Below are positions 46,255 through 55,944 of a stretch of DNA of 64,000 nt, piece after piece. The DNA lies in the IMG/VR virus record IMGVR_UViG_3300043395_002432, positions 1 to 64,000 of that record, one strand, 5' to 3'. Below the pieces are notes generated by a model. That model was not told the origin of the DNA and made no database searches. It saw only the letters and a list, made by a program, of their open reading frames with translations. How positions within the stretch are numbered: the first letter of the stretch is position 1; each line of letters begins with the position of its first letter. This stretch comes from a virus. The position numbers were made by a program, and so were the translations under genes.

Positions 46255-46920
46255 TCATGTAGCTGGCTTGAGCGGGGCCAGCGCAAGAAGCTCGACGTCG
46301 AACCAGCCTCGTACTTGGTGCGGAATGGAGCCGATCAGGAGCGTTCCCGATCCGTCGCCCTCCAGGGTGAGGATCGTCTTCTTGCCGAAGAGATCCCGCT
46401 GGAGGGGCTGCTGGAGCTTCACCCGCTGCTTGTACTGCATGGTGACCTCCACCTCCCCCTTTGCCTGAATGAATCCGTAGAGGTGCGCCTCCTCGGCCCA
46501 CATGAAGCCATGAAAGGGAGCAATGGGCCGACCGGCACGAAAGGAGACGTACCGCCAGACACGATACGAGTAGACGCGGGCCTTCCGCAGAAGGGTCGCC
46601 ACCAAGAAGCCCCACCAATGCTCAGCACTCGGACGGAGCGTCGGAGGTCTTGGTGGCGACGTCCAGCCATTCGGAAAGAAGGAGGAGACGATCCCCCATG
46701 CCTCGGGATCGTCCTCCCAAGCCGGATCTCGACCCAGGCTGTTCACCACTGCGGCGATCTCGCGCTCGATCTCCTCCGCCTCGGCAGGAGAGAATTGCGC
46801 CTGCTGCACCAATGCGGCCAGAAGATCCGCGTCAGGAGCAAACTTCGACGGCTGAGGAGGGGACTGGCTCATGCATGCATTATGCCCCCTCTGCACCAAA
46901 GGGGCGAGCGAGAGCTTCAT
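46255..46920 (-). CDS. hypothetical protein
   Basis: ORF in series; start possibly 46872. Confidence 0.55.
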   Translation of the reverse strand: MKLSLAPLVQRGHNACMSQSPPQPSKFAPDADLLAALVQQAQFSPAEAEEIEREIAAVVNSLGRDPAWEDDPEAWGIVSSFFPNGWTSPPRPPTLRPSAEHWWGFLVATLLRKARVYSYRVWRYVSFRAGRPIAPFHGFMWAEEAHLYGFIQAKGEVEVTMQYKQRVKLQQPLQRDLFGKKTILTLEGDGSGTLLIGSIPHQVRGWFDVELLALAPLKPAT

Positions 46921-47308
46921 GCGCTTGGTGCAGCAAGTCCGCGATCTTGGACGTGTCCAACCACGGGGAAGGCTTCTCCGTCAAGATCTGCCACGGCTGA
47001 TCGTCGGACTCAGACGTCGCACCAAACTCGATCACGCTGCTCCCGTCAGAAATTCGCAGCAGACTCGAATCAATCCAAAGCCCCACGCCGTCCGAAAGAA
47101 CGAAGTCGATCTCGTTCTCCGAACGAATCTCCACCAAGCCAAGCGGTAGCTCAAGGTGCTTCGGGTATGAAGCTCTGCGCTGTGTTCGAGCGTAGAGCCG
47201 CGCCACGGTAAGGCCAGCAGTGCGAAGACCTCGGAGATTCTTCATCATCTCCGCAAAGACCCTTCGCACCTGATTTTCAGGGATCAGACACAGCGACATC
47301 GTAGACAT
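46880..47308 (-). CDS. hypothetical protein
   Basis: GAGGAG RBS. Confidence 0.6.
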   Translation of the reverse strand: MSTMSLCLIPENQVRRVFAEMMKNLRGLRTAGLTVARLYARTQRRASYPKHLELPLGLVEIRSENEIDFVLSDGVGLWIDSSLLRISDGSSVIEFGATSESDDQPWQILTEKPSPWLDTSKIADLLHQAHEALARPFGAEGA

Positions 47309-47385
47309 GCACTCCTCGGTTCACCAAGAAGTACACACCAAGCGCACGCGACCTCACTCGAACCCTGTAAAGAATGTGCTAAGAG

Positions 47386-48054
47386 CTATCCGAGCCGTTG
47401 ACCGCTCTGGTACACCAGACGGTACGCATGCTGGAGCCGAGAGAAGGCGAAGGCGGTCGCCTCAGCGTTCGGGATGTACGCGAAGCCACGCTCAATGCCA
47501 AGCTCTACCCCGTCCTCCGCCAGCCAGAAGACCTCAGGGGGGAACTTCGCCGTCCACGGCTCACTGCAGCCCCGAGGGAAGAACTCCGTGCTGAAGTCCA
47601 CCAAGAAGGGATCAGCACCGACAGGAATGACCGCATTCCAGATATGGATCTCGGGAAGATCCGTGTCCGCCACAACGCTCCGATTCAGCGCGTCCTTTTG
47701 CCAATCAGGATTCCATTCGTACCCGAACGCGTTGATCTTGGCTTCAGCGTCGTCATTGATCCGCCAACAGACCGTGCCAGCCTGCGAAAGAACGCGAACC
47801 CCAAGCTCCTGACCCGCACGAATCGCAGCCAACGCATGCCAGAGACAGCGGCCAGGGGCGTCAGGAGCGAACCCCCGCATCTCCGCAATGCGCCTTAGGT
47901 GCTTCCGCTGCCGATCCTTCAGCAGCATTCGCTGCTCCCGAGAGAAGGAAACCGACCCGACGACGGAGGGGTGCCGCGTAGATCCCTCGGGAGGATAGAG
48001 GTTGTTCTGATTCTGCCAGCCCTGAGGGGTGACGCTCCGAATGAAGTCCTGCAA
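47386..48054 (-). CDS. hypothetical protein
   Basis: 222 aa, TTG start with AGGAG. Confidence 0.6.
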   Translation of the reverse strand: MQDFIRSVTPQGWQNQNNLYPPEGSTRHPSVVGSVSFSREQRMLLKDRQRKHLRRIAEMRGFAPDAPGRCLWHALAAIRAGQELGVRVLSQAGTVCWRINDDAEAKINAFGYEWNPDWQKDALNRSVVADTDLPEIHIWNAVIPVGADPFLVDFSTEFFPRGCSEPWTAKFPPEVFWLAEDGVELGIERGFAYIPNAEATAFAFSRLQHAYRLVYQSGQRLG

Positions 48055-48082
48055 ACGCTCTCCTGAGCGAAGTCGAATTCGC

Positions 48083-48652
48083 TCAAAACGAGCGTATCAC
48101 CCCTTCGGAGGCATGTGCTGGCCACTCTGGTAAAATCTCTGCAAGCTGCGAATTCGTCAGATCCTCGAACTGCTTGCCGAAGCGCACCTCGTACCAGTCG
48201 TCCTTCCCCTGGGTAGCCCGAGGGAGCGACGCGAGCCGAAGGAGGTTCGCCCGGTGAGAACGAATCATCCCCTCCGTACACCAAGAGGGGAACTCCTTCT
48301 GATACCGCTCCTCCTTTCCGAACTGCTTGATCAGACGCTCCCGAAAATCGGGATACGTCGTCTTGCGCTTGTTGGTGCCTGCCAGGAAGTCGTTCCGACC
48401 GTACAGCTCCCCAGCGTACATGATCGCCACCGTCACCAAGACCCCGCGAAAGACCCCAGCCCGCCAGCAGTTCCGCAAACGCGGAACGTCGCAGTCCCCC
48501 TCGAGGATGCGAATCGCCGTCTCCACCGAATCACGCAGATCCTCCGCATGAAGGAGACTGGCACTCCTGCTAATGCTCTCGTCGACAATCCAGAGCCGTT
48601 CGGCCCGCTCCTTGCTCGCCTTCTCCGCCTTCGCCTTCCCTGCTTTGCTCAT
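48083..48652 (-). CDS. divergent pyrimidine-dimer glycosylase / MSMEG_6728-like protein
   Basis: PSWC...IRSHRANLLR...WY...F...WP C-terminal signature. Confidence 0.45.
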   Translation of the reverse strand: MSKAGKAKAEKASKERAERLWIVDESISRSASLLHAEDLRDSVETAIRILEGDCDVPRLRNCWRAGVFRGVLVTVAIMYAGELYGRNDFLAGTNKRKTTYPDFRERLIKQFGKEERYQKEFPSWCTEGMIRSHRANLLRLASLPRATQGKDDWYEVRFGKQFEDLTNSQLAEILPEWPAHASEGVIRSF

Positions 48653-48727
48653 TGAGCCTCCAAGCTCGGAGCTATCACGCAGCGAATTCGAATGCACTGA
48701 GAATCTTGGTGCCTTGACAAATTCTCG

Positions 48728-48994
48728 TCATTCACCAAGAGGCTGGATCGCCTCAGGGGGGAGCGGGAGAGCGGCGTTGACCTCTGTCTTTGTCGCTTCA
48801 GGATGGATCAGGTAGAGGTATCGATCCAAGTACGCCTGCCCGCCAATGTAGGCTACAGCCACGAAGCCAAAGATGCTCAACGCCATGAGCTTCACCGTCA
48901 CGCTCTCCTCCCCAGACATGAGGTGCCACAGGATCATCAGCACCAAGACGGTCAGGAGGAACTTCTTCGACTCCAACGGAGAGCGCGGCTTCAT
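48728..48994 (-). CDS. two-TM membrane protein (holin-like)
   Basis: SKKFLLTVLVL...AYIGGQAY.D. Confidence 0.5.
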   Translation of the reverse strand: MKPRSPLESKKFLLTVLVLMILWHLMSGEESVTVKLMALSIFGFVAVAYIGGQAYLDRYLYLIHPEATKTEVNAALPLPPEAIQPLGE

Positions 48995-49072
48995 CTGGAA
49001 GCCTTGAACCGAATTCAGAAGAACGAGCAAGGCCACCCGAAGGTGGCCTTGGTGGCGTGAGGGCGAGGGAAG

Positions 49073-49438
49073 TTACTCCAGAGCTGCGTCGAGGTAGCCC
49101 TTCAGCGTCGGCATCGCCTGCCGCATGACCCCGTCGAGGTTGAACTCGCGCAGCAGGTACTTGTCCATCCGGTCGATCAGGTTCGCCTGCGCCTTCCACC
49201 GGTTGGAATCCTCGTCAGGAGAGGCGAAGCTCCGCCCGTCGTCACCAACGCCGTCAAGCGCCTTGTCGATCAATGCCTGCCGAAGCTGCGACAGCGCGAA
49301 CCGGACACGCTCCTCGGGGGTGTGCTTCATGCTGTAGTGCGGCCCGACGTCGGAGGCGAAGCACTCTTCCAACCGACCTGAGGCACCAAGCGGGTGCGTC
49401 GAGAACTCATGAGCCTCTTCAATGCGCGGACGAATCAT
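49073..49438 (-). CDS. hypothetical protein
   Basis: AGGAG RBS. Confidence 0.6.
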   Translation of the reverse strand: MIRPRIEEAHEFSTHPLGASGRLEECFASDVGPHYSMKHTPEERVRFALSQLRQALIDKALDGVGDDGRSFASPDEDSNRWKAQANLIDRMDKYLLREFNLDGVMRQAMPTLKGYLDAALE

Positions 49439-49470
49439 AGGGCGTACTCCTGTCTTGGTGCTTAGCAGGA

Positions 49471-49854
49471 TTACGCAGAGCCAGCGAGGTAGAACCATAC
49501 GTCTGCGACGTAGCTCGATCCGTTGCTAATGCTGATCGAGCTTACCTCAGGCGGCGTGAGCAGCAGATACCCGTAGGTGAAGCCAGCCAAGGGCCGAACA
49601 GACAAAATCGTCCCGTCGTTCAGATTGACCGTGATATCCCGCGTCGTCCGCAAGAGAATGAAGCTCACCGTCGTCAGATCACCAAGATCCAACACCTGAT
49701 CCTCAGCACCAACCGCCAAGCGGAGCTTCCGCGCCGCACCAGCGTCGACCTCCTCGTCCACCTCGTGGTTCACCCCAGGATCGAGGTTGAACACGTCCTT
49801 CTCCTCAGCCGTCGTCGAGGAGAGCGAAGAAATGAGCTTGAGCTTCAGGCGCAT
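49471..49854 (-). CDS. hypothetical (beta-rich, possibly structural) protein
   Basis: 127-aa ORF. Confidence 0.6.
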   Translation of the reverse strand: MRLKLKLISSLSSTTAEEKDVFNLDPGVNHEVDEEVDAGAARKLRLAVGAEDQVLDLGDLTTVSFILLRTTRDITVNLNDGTILSVRPLAGFTYGYLLLTPPEVSSISISNGSSYVADVWFYLAGSA

Positions 49855-49917
49855 CCGAGACCTCTCTGGGAGAGATTCATCGGTTTCGCGCCCCAGCGCA
49901 AGCGAATTCGAATTCGC

Positions 49918-50112
49918 TCAGATCCAGAGGGTGGCGACCAGAGAGGCGAAGTTCGCCTCCGTCCACTCGGGGACGTCGGCCCCGATCTCACCGTTCTCGA
50001 GATCCTCAGCGAGGATCTCGTCGCGGTCGACGCTGGCCAGCATCTCGGCCCGCTCGGAGGCGGTGGTGGCGGTGAGGTCGTCGAGGCTGTCGTTGATGAG
50101 GCAGAAGAGCAT
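49918..50112 (-). CDS. small acidic protein
   Basis: GGAG RBS and own promoter motif (50156-50215). Confidence 0.6.
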   Translation of the reverse strand: MLFCLINDSLDDLTATTASERAEMLASVDRDEILAEDLENGEIGADVPEWTEANFASLVATLWI

Positions 50113-50222
50113 CTTTTTCTCCAGGGTCGCTGCGAGGTTCGTTCCCCGCCCCCTGTATGTATCCCCCCCATGCCCCCGCGTCAGGCGCTCTCGGATGGCT
50201 TGACACGTTCTTTACAGGAATC

Positions 50223-50465
50223 TCATCTGCCCCGAACCGTCTCTTGGTGCGATTGAAGCCAGCCTTCTACCGCCTCGCTCGAAGCGAAGAGGTTGCGTAT
50301 CGTTGCGTTCCCTTTGTTCTCACTTACGACCTGAAGGATCAGAGAGACCCATTCCTCGGGCCTAAGTGGCTTCCCCGTTCGGGGATTCAGGGGGGTGTCT
50401 CTGAGTGCATTCAGGGTGTCCTCGGGGAGGACGAGAATGCTCAGGGCGCTTGGGGCTAAAGCCAC
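50223..50465 (-). CDS. hypothetical protein
   Basis: 80-aa ORF, GAGGA RBS. Confidence 0.5.
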   Translation of the reverse strand: MALAPSALSILVLPEDTLNALRDTPLNPRTGKPLRPEEWVSLILQVVSENKGNATIRNLFASSEAVEGWLQSHQETVRGR

Positions 50466-50926
50466 GAATCCTCCTCTGGCTCAGGCTCGTCGAAGTACAG
50501 GAAGGTGTCCCCCTCGACGTCGACGGGAGAGGGGTCAGCCGGGGCTGCCTGAATGTTCCCCTCAGGGGAATGGCCCTTGTAGAGAACCTGACTGCTGATC
50601 CGGTGAATCATGGAGATCGAAATCTCGTGCAAGAGCGCCCGAAGATCCGTGATTCGATTCGACCGAAGCTCGACCTCAGTCCCTCGCATGATCAGGATCT
50701 CCGCCACGCCAGGATCGGGCTGGACGATCCTCACCCCGTAGTCCAGATGAATCTCCATCCCGCTTGGTGCAGGAACGCACGAGGAGAAGACGTTGCGCCC
50801 CAGGATCTCCGCCAGCGTCGTGATCGTCCAGCCAAGATTGCCGTCGTGGATGAGGCTCTTGGGCGAATTCGACTTCGTTGGAACGGCAATCTGCGTGGGA
50901 GGCGGTGGAGGGGGGCGCTCGTGCAT
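50456..50926 (-). CDS. hypothetical protein (start uncertain)
   Basis: ORF between neighbours. Confidence 0.5.
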   Translation of the reverse strand: MHERPPPPPPTQIAVPTKSNSPKSLIHDGNLGWTITTLAEILGRNVFSSCVPAPSGMEIHLDYGVRIVQPDPGVAEILIMRGTEVELRSNRITDLRALLHEISISMIHRISSQVLYKGHSPEGNIQAAPADPSPVDVEGDTFLYFDEPEPEEDSWL

Positions 50927-50967
50927 CTCCGCCCGCTCACGTTCGAGATCCCGAGGTGCGCGCCGTG

Positions 50968-51162
50968 TCAAGAGATCTCCTTGAAGCCAGGACAGCCCCC
51001 TGGGGTCTTGGTGGGGAAGCCCTCCTCGTCGAAACGACAGCTCAGCCTCCAGGCGTTGACCTCGGGCTTGCGGGCGATCTCGCACGTCAGGCTCTTCGTC
51101 CACGTCGCGTAGATACACTCGGTGCAATTCTTGGCGTGCAGGATCGGCTTCTCGTCAGGCAT
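50968..51162 (-). CDS. small Cys-rich protein
   Basis: CTEC...C...C...CPGF; GGAGG RBS. Confidence 0.6.
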   Translation of the reverse strand: MPDEKPILHAKNCTECIYATWTKSLTCEIARKPEVNAWRLSCRFDEEGFPTKTPGGCPGFKEIS

Positions 51163-51181
51163 TGAACCTCCTCGAGATCCC

Positions 51182-52273
51182 TTAGTCGACTTCCTCTGCT
51201 CCTTCCCATGCCGACCACGGAAAGCCCTGCACCAAGGAGAGCCAACGACGCTGGGCCTGCGGCCCCTCCAGGGGAGCGTGCGGGAGGTAAGGGCGGCGGA
51301 GCGCGTTCGTCACGGAGGTCATGACGAACGTCTCCTCGGGCGTCCACGTCTCCTCGGGGAGGAACTTGTACCCTTGGTGCTGGAAGGCTTGCATCTCCAC
51401 ATGGAGCGCCATCCGGTCGATCCGAGCCATGCGATCAAAGTCCCACGGAGTAGGAACGCCGAGCGACTTCTTGATATGCCGATCCCACGCTTGGTGGACT
51501 TCCTTGAAGGGAACCACATGCACGATCCCCTGAACCACGCCCGCATGGATCATGGTGCGCGAATGCATCTTCCCAGGCAGATCCTTCAGGTACGCCTCGG
51601 GCGCGTCATGGAGCGCCGCCAGACGAATCTCATGCGCGCTCAGCCCCAAGAGCATCGCAATGTCCGCACAGAGGAGCGAATGCGCCCCAACGCTCCACGG
51701 AACCCCGCCCGCATACCGGGTCTCTCGAAAGAGGTGCTGCACCACGTCGGTGTAGATCCGAACCCACGTGCGCTCGGGGTGAAGGAGGTGAACCTCCACC
51801 CCAGAGCCGGTCGCCCAATCGAGCGAAGTCGACTTCGCTGGCTCGGGGATCTGGCTCACGAAGGTGGGGATCGGCATGAGATCCATCTCGGACGGACGAG
51901 GGTGCGCCGAGAGGAGTCGAAGGAGGTCGCTCTGCACCTCCTCCGAGAGACCGTCACGACGCGCATACACCAAAGCGTCCATCAGCTCCTCGCGGAAATC
52001 CTGCACGCCACGCCCGTCCCCATGCTGCACGGGACGACCGTACTTCAAGATCCCAAGCGCACGACGTGCCTCAAACTCTCGACGGAGCGCAGGGGGGATC
52101 TCAAGGCTCTCGAGGATCTCGAGCCAAACGTCACCAAAGCCCCCCTGTGGCGCAGGAGGGCCGAAGGGCAGGCAAGGTGAGGGGATCGCTGCCAGCGCGT
52201 CACGTTGGGCCGCTGACAGCCCCTGTGCAGCCTCTGGTGGGGCGAGGCGCGTGTAGAGGTCGAGTAGGGTCAT
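51182..52273 (-). CDS. HD-domain 5'-deoxynucleotidase-like protein with N-terminal MazG-like domain
   Basis: RYAG...WSVGAHS...ALHDAPEAYLKD; N-term RRALGILKYG...EELMDALVY. Confidence 0.7.
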   Translation of the reverse strand: MTLLDLYTRLAPPEAAQGLSAAQRDALAAIPSPCLPFGPPAPQGGFGDVWLEILESLEIPPALRREFEARRALGILKYGRPVQHGDGRGVQDFREELMDALVYARRDGLSEEVQSDLLRLLSAHPRPSEMDLMPIPTFVSQIPEPAKSTSLDWATGSGVEVHLLHPERTWVRIYTDVVQHLFRETRYAGGVPWSVGAHSLLCADIAMLLGLSAHEIRLAALHDAPEAYLKDLPGKMHSRTMIHAGVVQGIVHVVPFKEVHQAWDRHIKKSLGVPTPWDFDRMARIDRMALHVEMQAFQHQGYKFLPEETWTPEETFVMTSVTNALRRPYLPHAPLEGPQAQRRWLSLVQGFPWSAWEGAEEVD

Positions 52274-52290
52274 GGCATGGCTCCTTGAGG

Positions 52291-53184
52291 TCAGGTAGAC
52301 TTCGTCTTGCTCGTCACGGCTGGCGCTGAGATTGGGACGAGGGGAGGCGTCGTGGGTGAGCCAGCAGCGGCGGAGGTGTGCGTGTGGGTTGCGAAGAAGC
52401 TCAGAAAGCTCTCGTTCACCAAAGCGCGCATGATGCCCGTGTTGGGATCGCCCAGGTGAATGTTGCCGCTGATGATCGAGACCTTCCCGCTGCTCTGAAT
52501 GTTGACGGGGCCATGCGACATGATCGTTACGCCGTCGTCCACGGAGACCGAATTCGCCGCCCCTGAAGCTGACTTGCCGATCAGGTGGATCTTCCCGTCC
52601 TTCAGAAGGATCGTGCTGCCGTTCGCGTCCACGAGAGAGATCCCCTGCTCGCTGGCCTTGAGCTGAAGGTGCGACCCGTCAGAGGCACCAAGCAGGAACG
52701 TGCCATCCTGCTCTATCGTCAGGAACGCCCCCGAGGGATGCTCGATCAGAAGCTCGTTCGTGACCCCGTCGCTGAAGCGCAGCATGATCCCGCTCGGAGT
52801 GCGAATGCCACGATGCACTTGCGTCGCCGTCCGCGTCATGGAGGCGTGCGGCCCGGAAGCCTTCGGCCTTCCCCCGACGTAGATCGGTCGAGCTGCGTCC
52901 CCCTCCTCGAACTCGACGTAGATCACGTCGTCGATCTCGGGCAAGAAGTAGAAGCCATGCTCGTTTACGCCACCAAGCGAACCGGGACATACCCACGTCG
53001 GGTAGGGCTTGGTGCCAAACATGGGGAGAATGACTTGGACACGACCAAGCCCCTCAGGGTCGAGATTGTTGACGACCTTCGCCGGGTAGCGAGCGTAATA
53101 CCTGCCGAACTTCTCGACCCCGAACCGGCGAATCGTCTCCATGATGAAGTCAGCAGCCTCATTGGCCGTCTTCAGCAATCCCAT
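52291..53184 (-). CDS. baseplate spike (gpV / gp5 OB-fold)
   Basis: VVNNLDPEGLGRVQV, GFYFLPEIDD.IYVEFEEGD..RP, C-terminal THTH. Confidence 0.9.
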   Translation of the reverse strand: MGLLKTANEAADFIMETIRRFGVEKFGRYYARYPAKVVNNLDPEGLGRVQVILPMFGTKPYPTWVCPGSLGGVNEHGFYFLPEIDDVIYVEFEEGDAARPIYVGGRPKASGPHASMTRTATQVHRGIRTPSGIMLRFSDGVTNELLIEHPSGAFLTIEQDGTFLLGASDGSHLQLKASEQGISLVDANGSTILLKDGKIHLIGKSASGAANSVSVDDGVTIMSHGPVNIQSSGKVSIISGNIHLGDPNTGIMRALVNESFLSFFATHTHTSAAAGSPTTPPLVPISAPAVTSKTKST

Positions 53185-53212
53185 GCGCCCTCCGAATTCG
53201 ACTTCGTCGTCT

Positions 53213-54463
53213 CTATCCCGGCTTGGTGGGCAAGGTGTTCTGAGGTGCCGGTGCCTTCACCGGAGAAACCAGAATCGAATCGTAGTAGCGAGTGACCTCG
53301 AATTCCGACGTGTAGCCTGACTCCGAGACCTGATGCGTCACCTTCGTCACCGTGTACGCCCCGTCGAAGTACCGAGAGCAGCCCTTGATCTGCACCAACT
53401 CCCCTGGGAGCAGATTCGGGATGCCTATCGTAGAGCAGCTCGCCTGGAAGGACTCCGTGACCTTCGGGATCGAATTCTTGGCAAGCTGCTCCAGCGTCGA
53501 ATTCGGTACACCAAAGCCCGTCCCAGGAGGAGATACCTGCGTGGTCGCCCCCGTCTCGTCAGGCTGCATCGAGATCGAGATCTTGTTGCCCGTCTCAGGG
53601 TGGATCTGATCCTTTGGTGTGTCAGGTGCAGCGACAGCCTCTCCGTCCGCCAACGTCGACAGGGTCTCTCCTGACTTCGCCTCATACGACTGCACATTTC
53701 CGTCCATGTCCAGCCAAGCGCTGAGTGTACGATCCGACCCAGGCAAGATCATGACCTGCTGCGAGGTGCTGAAAGAGATCAGAGGATACTCGTTCAAGGC
53801 ACGATTGGGGACGCCCCACTTCACGAAGCTCCGAGAGGGCGGAAGGCTGAGCGAGTAAAGCTGCGGATAGACCGCCAGGACATTCCTGCCGTTGTCTTGA
53901 GAGTAGAAGTGAAAAGCCCGTTTGTACTTGTTGAGTAGATTGACAAGGCATGTCCAAAAACTCTCGCCATTCTGGTTCAACTCCAGAATCTCGACCTCTT
54001 CCGCACCAAGACTCGGCTTCCAGTCCACCTCCCAGCCCATGCGCTGACTCATCTCGAGGACGATGGATTGGAGCGTCCCCTTGTAGCTCTTGCTGGACGA
54101 ACGCCCCATTGCGAGCGCGCCTGCACCAAGACCGGTGAGGGAGATCTCGACCGTGTCCCCAAGCGTTACGTCGGGCTTCTGGATCAGACCTGCGTACCAT
54201 GCGGAGTAGAATCCCGACTCGGGGTATCCAAACTGCACCAAGAGGACGTTGTCCATCGCAAACAAGGTGCTTTCGAGGTACTCGATCCCGAGGTCGTAAG
54301 GCATTGCCAGCGAGATCTGGATCGTGTTGTTCTGCCCCTGCACGACCTCGACGCTGATCGACTGGAGGGCCACACCGCTGTTCGGCGTCCAGAGGTCATA
54401 GGTGCGATTGTCGATCCGGCTGTAGATCCGGGCCGACATGAAGATGCCGGTATGCGTGGGCAT
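53213..54463 (-). CDS. baseplate hub (gpD / gp27-like)
   Basis: VQFGY, NQNGES.W..L, IGIPNLLPG..VQIKG...FDGAY.VTKVTH...GYTSEF. Confidence 0.85.
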   Translation of the reverse strand: MPTHTGIFMSARIYSRIDNRTYDLWTPNSGVALQSISVEVVQGQNNTIQISLAMPYDLGIEYLESTLFAMDNVLLVQFGYPESGFYSAWYAGLIQKPDVTLGDTVEISLTGLGAGALAMGRSSSKSYKGTLQSIVLEMSQRMGWEVDWKPSLGAEEVEILELNQNGESFWTCLVNLLNKYKRAFHFYSQDNGRNVLAVYPQLYSLSLPPSRSFVKWGVPNRALNEYPLISFSTSQQVMILPGSDRTLSAWLDMDGNVQSYEAKSGETLSTLADGEAVAAPDTPKDQIHPETGNKISISMQPDETGATTQVSPPGTGFGVPNSTLEQLAKNSIPKVTESFQASCSTIGIPNLLPGELVQIKGCSRYFDGAYTVTKVTHQVSESGYTSEFEVTRYYDSILVSPVKAPAPQNTLPTKPG

Positions 54464-54472
54464 GGACGCTCC

Positions 54473-54994
54473 TCAGGAAACGAATTCGCCTGCACGGTGG
54501 ACGCTCCCCCCGCAGTCCAGGCGAAGACTGGCAGCCTGGATCGCTCGCTGCACGACCTGCATGCGGCGGGAGCCGTCCTCCTGCTCCCAGAGTCGCTTGG
54601 GCTGCGCCAAGAGGTAGCCCAGCGAGAGCTGTCCCCCGGTGCCAATGGCCCAGAAGGGCAGCGACACCTCGATCCACTGACGCCCCTCCAGCCGAAAGAT
54701 GCCTTCGCGGCGGGAGACGAGGACTTCCTCCCTCCCCGCGATCTCGAGGAGGAGGTCACGCAGCTTCTCAGGCGTCTCTACACGATCCCACGTCTGCCCC
54801 TTGACGGCTGCGAGGAAGGTCTCCTCTCGGGCCGCTTCCCTGGGATCGGTAGCACCAACGCAGAGCGTCGTCCCCTGATCCGTCAGCGCCACAATCCTCC
54901 GCAAGGGGTAGGTCAGCCCGCTCGGGCCAACCTGCTGAGAGTCGCTCGCCATTCCAAAACCATGCTTGGTGCGATACGCAACGACTACGGACAT
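54473..54994 (-). CDS. Ntn-hydrolase (HslV/proteasome-beta-like) protein
   Basis: MSVVVAY......MASDSQ; FWAIGTGGQLSLGYL. Confidence 0.65.
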   Translation of the reverse strand: MSVVVAYRTKHGFGMASDSQQVGPSGLTYPLRRIVALTDQGTTLCVGATDPREAAREETFLAAVKGQTWDRVETPEKLRDLLLEIAGREEVLVSRREGIFRLEGRQWIEVSLPFWAIGTGGQLSLGYLLAQPKRLWEQEDGSRRMQVVQRAIQAASLRLDCGGSVHRAGEFVS

Positions 54995-55043
54995 TCAACC
55001 CTCCAGGGGAGGAGCTTAGAGGGAACGAAGGAACGGAGCCAGA

Positions 55044-55634
55044 TCAGTTCACAAGCCCGCTGGCCACCTGATCAGAGCGAGTCTCTACCAAGCTCGCCTC
55101 CACCAAGAGCCACCCCATTGCAGAGGTCAGGCTGTTGATCCCAAGATCGTTCCGAACCGAGGGCAGATCTCCGTACTCACGCATGCAGTGCGGGAGGTAC
55201 TTCCGGCTGATCACCTCGATCCTCGTTTTGTCCGACGCCTCAGTCAGAACCGAGAGAACCGCAAGGACACCACCAAGATCCGGCTCCCTGAGCTTCAGCG
55301 AGAGGTACTTCAGCATCGTGTCCACACCAAGAGGGAAGCTCAGACGATACTCGGGGAACATTCCCTCCTCGTCCACCCAGGCGTGGGGAGCGTTCATGGG
55401 ACGCTGAGCAGAGTACTCGCTGGTGTGCCGAACGAGGACACGCCCCTTCACCCCCTGGCTCGAGTCCCCCTTGATCCGATGCTCCAGCCGCCCAAGATCC
55501 ACCTCCGTGAGCCGATACTCACACACCATGTCGGAGGAAGCGAAGAAGCTCTGCTTCGAGAGCCATTGGCGGAACGAGTCCCGCGTCATGGCGTAGAGCA
55601 GGTTGGCGTCGAGCGGGAACGTGAAGAGCTGCAT
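55044..55634 (-). CDS. hypothetical protein
   Basis: GGAGG RBS before MQLFT. Confidence 0.6.
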   Translation of the reverse strand: MQLFTFPLDANLLYAMTRDSFRQWLSKQSFFASSDMVCEYRLTEVDLGRLEHRIKGDSSQGVKGRVLVRHTSEYSAQRPMNAPHAWVDEEGMFPEYRLSFPLGVDTMLKYLSLKLREPDLGGVLAVLSVLTEASDKTRIEVISRKYLPHCMREYGDLPSVRNDLGINSLTSAMGWLLVEASLVETRSDQVASGLVN

Positions 55635-55659
55635 TGATCCTCCAATCGCCTCCTTGGTG

Positions 55660-55941
55660 CTACCGCAAGAGGCTCTCGCGCACATAACGCGGAGAGGGGA
55701 TGATGAGCGTCGTGCCATTGACGAGACCCGTGAGCGGATCGTCAATTCCATTCGCCACAAGGATCGGCCACCAAAGACGCGAGTTCTGGTAGTAGAGCGT
55801 TGCCAAGAGATCGATCCGATCCGTCGACCGCACTTGGTGCTGCAAGTCGTCCGCCTGAGGCTTGATCGAGCGATACGCAGGGATCGCGTAGTAGGCACGC
55901 CCGTCCTCGTCACGCTCCTGAATCGCGGGCTTCATCCACAT
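55660..55941 (-). CDS. tail gpX / LysM-like baseplate protein
   Basis: DRIDLLA..YY.NSRLWW.I..ANGIDDP...G..LIIP. Confidence 0.85.
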   Translation of the reverse strand: MWMKPAIQERDEDGRAYYAIPAYRSIKPQADDLQHQVRSTDRIDLLATLYYQNSRLWWPILVANGIDDPLTGLVNGTTLIIPSPRYVRESLLR

Positions 55942-55944
55942 TCG

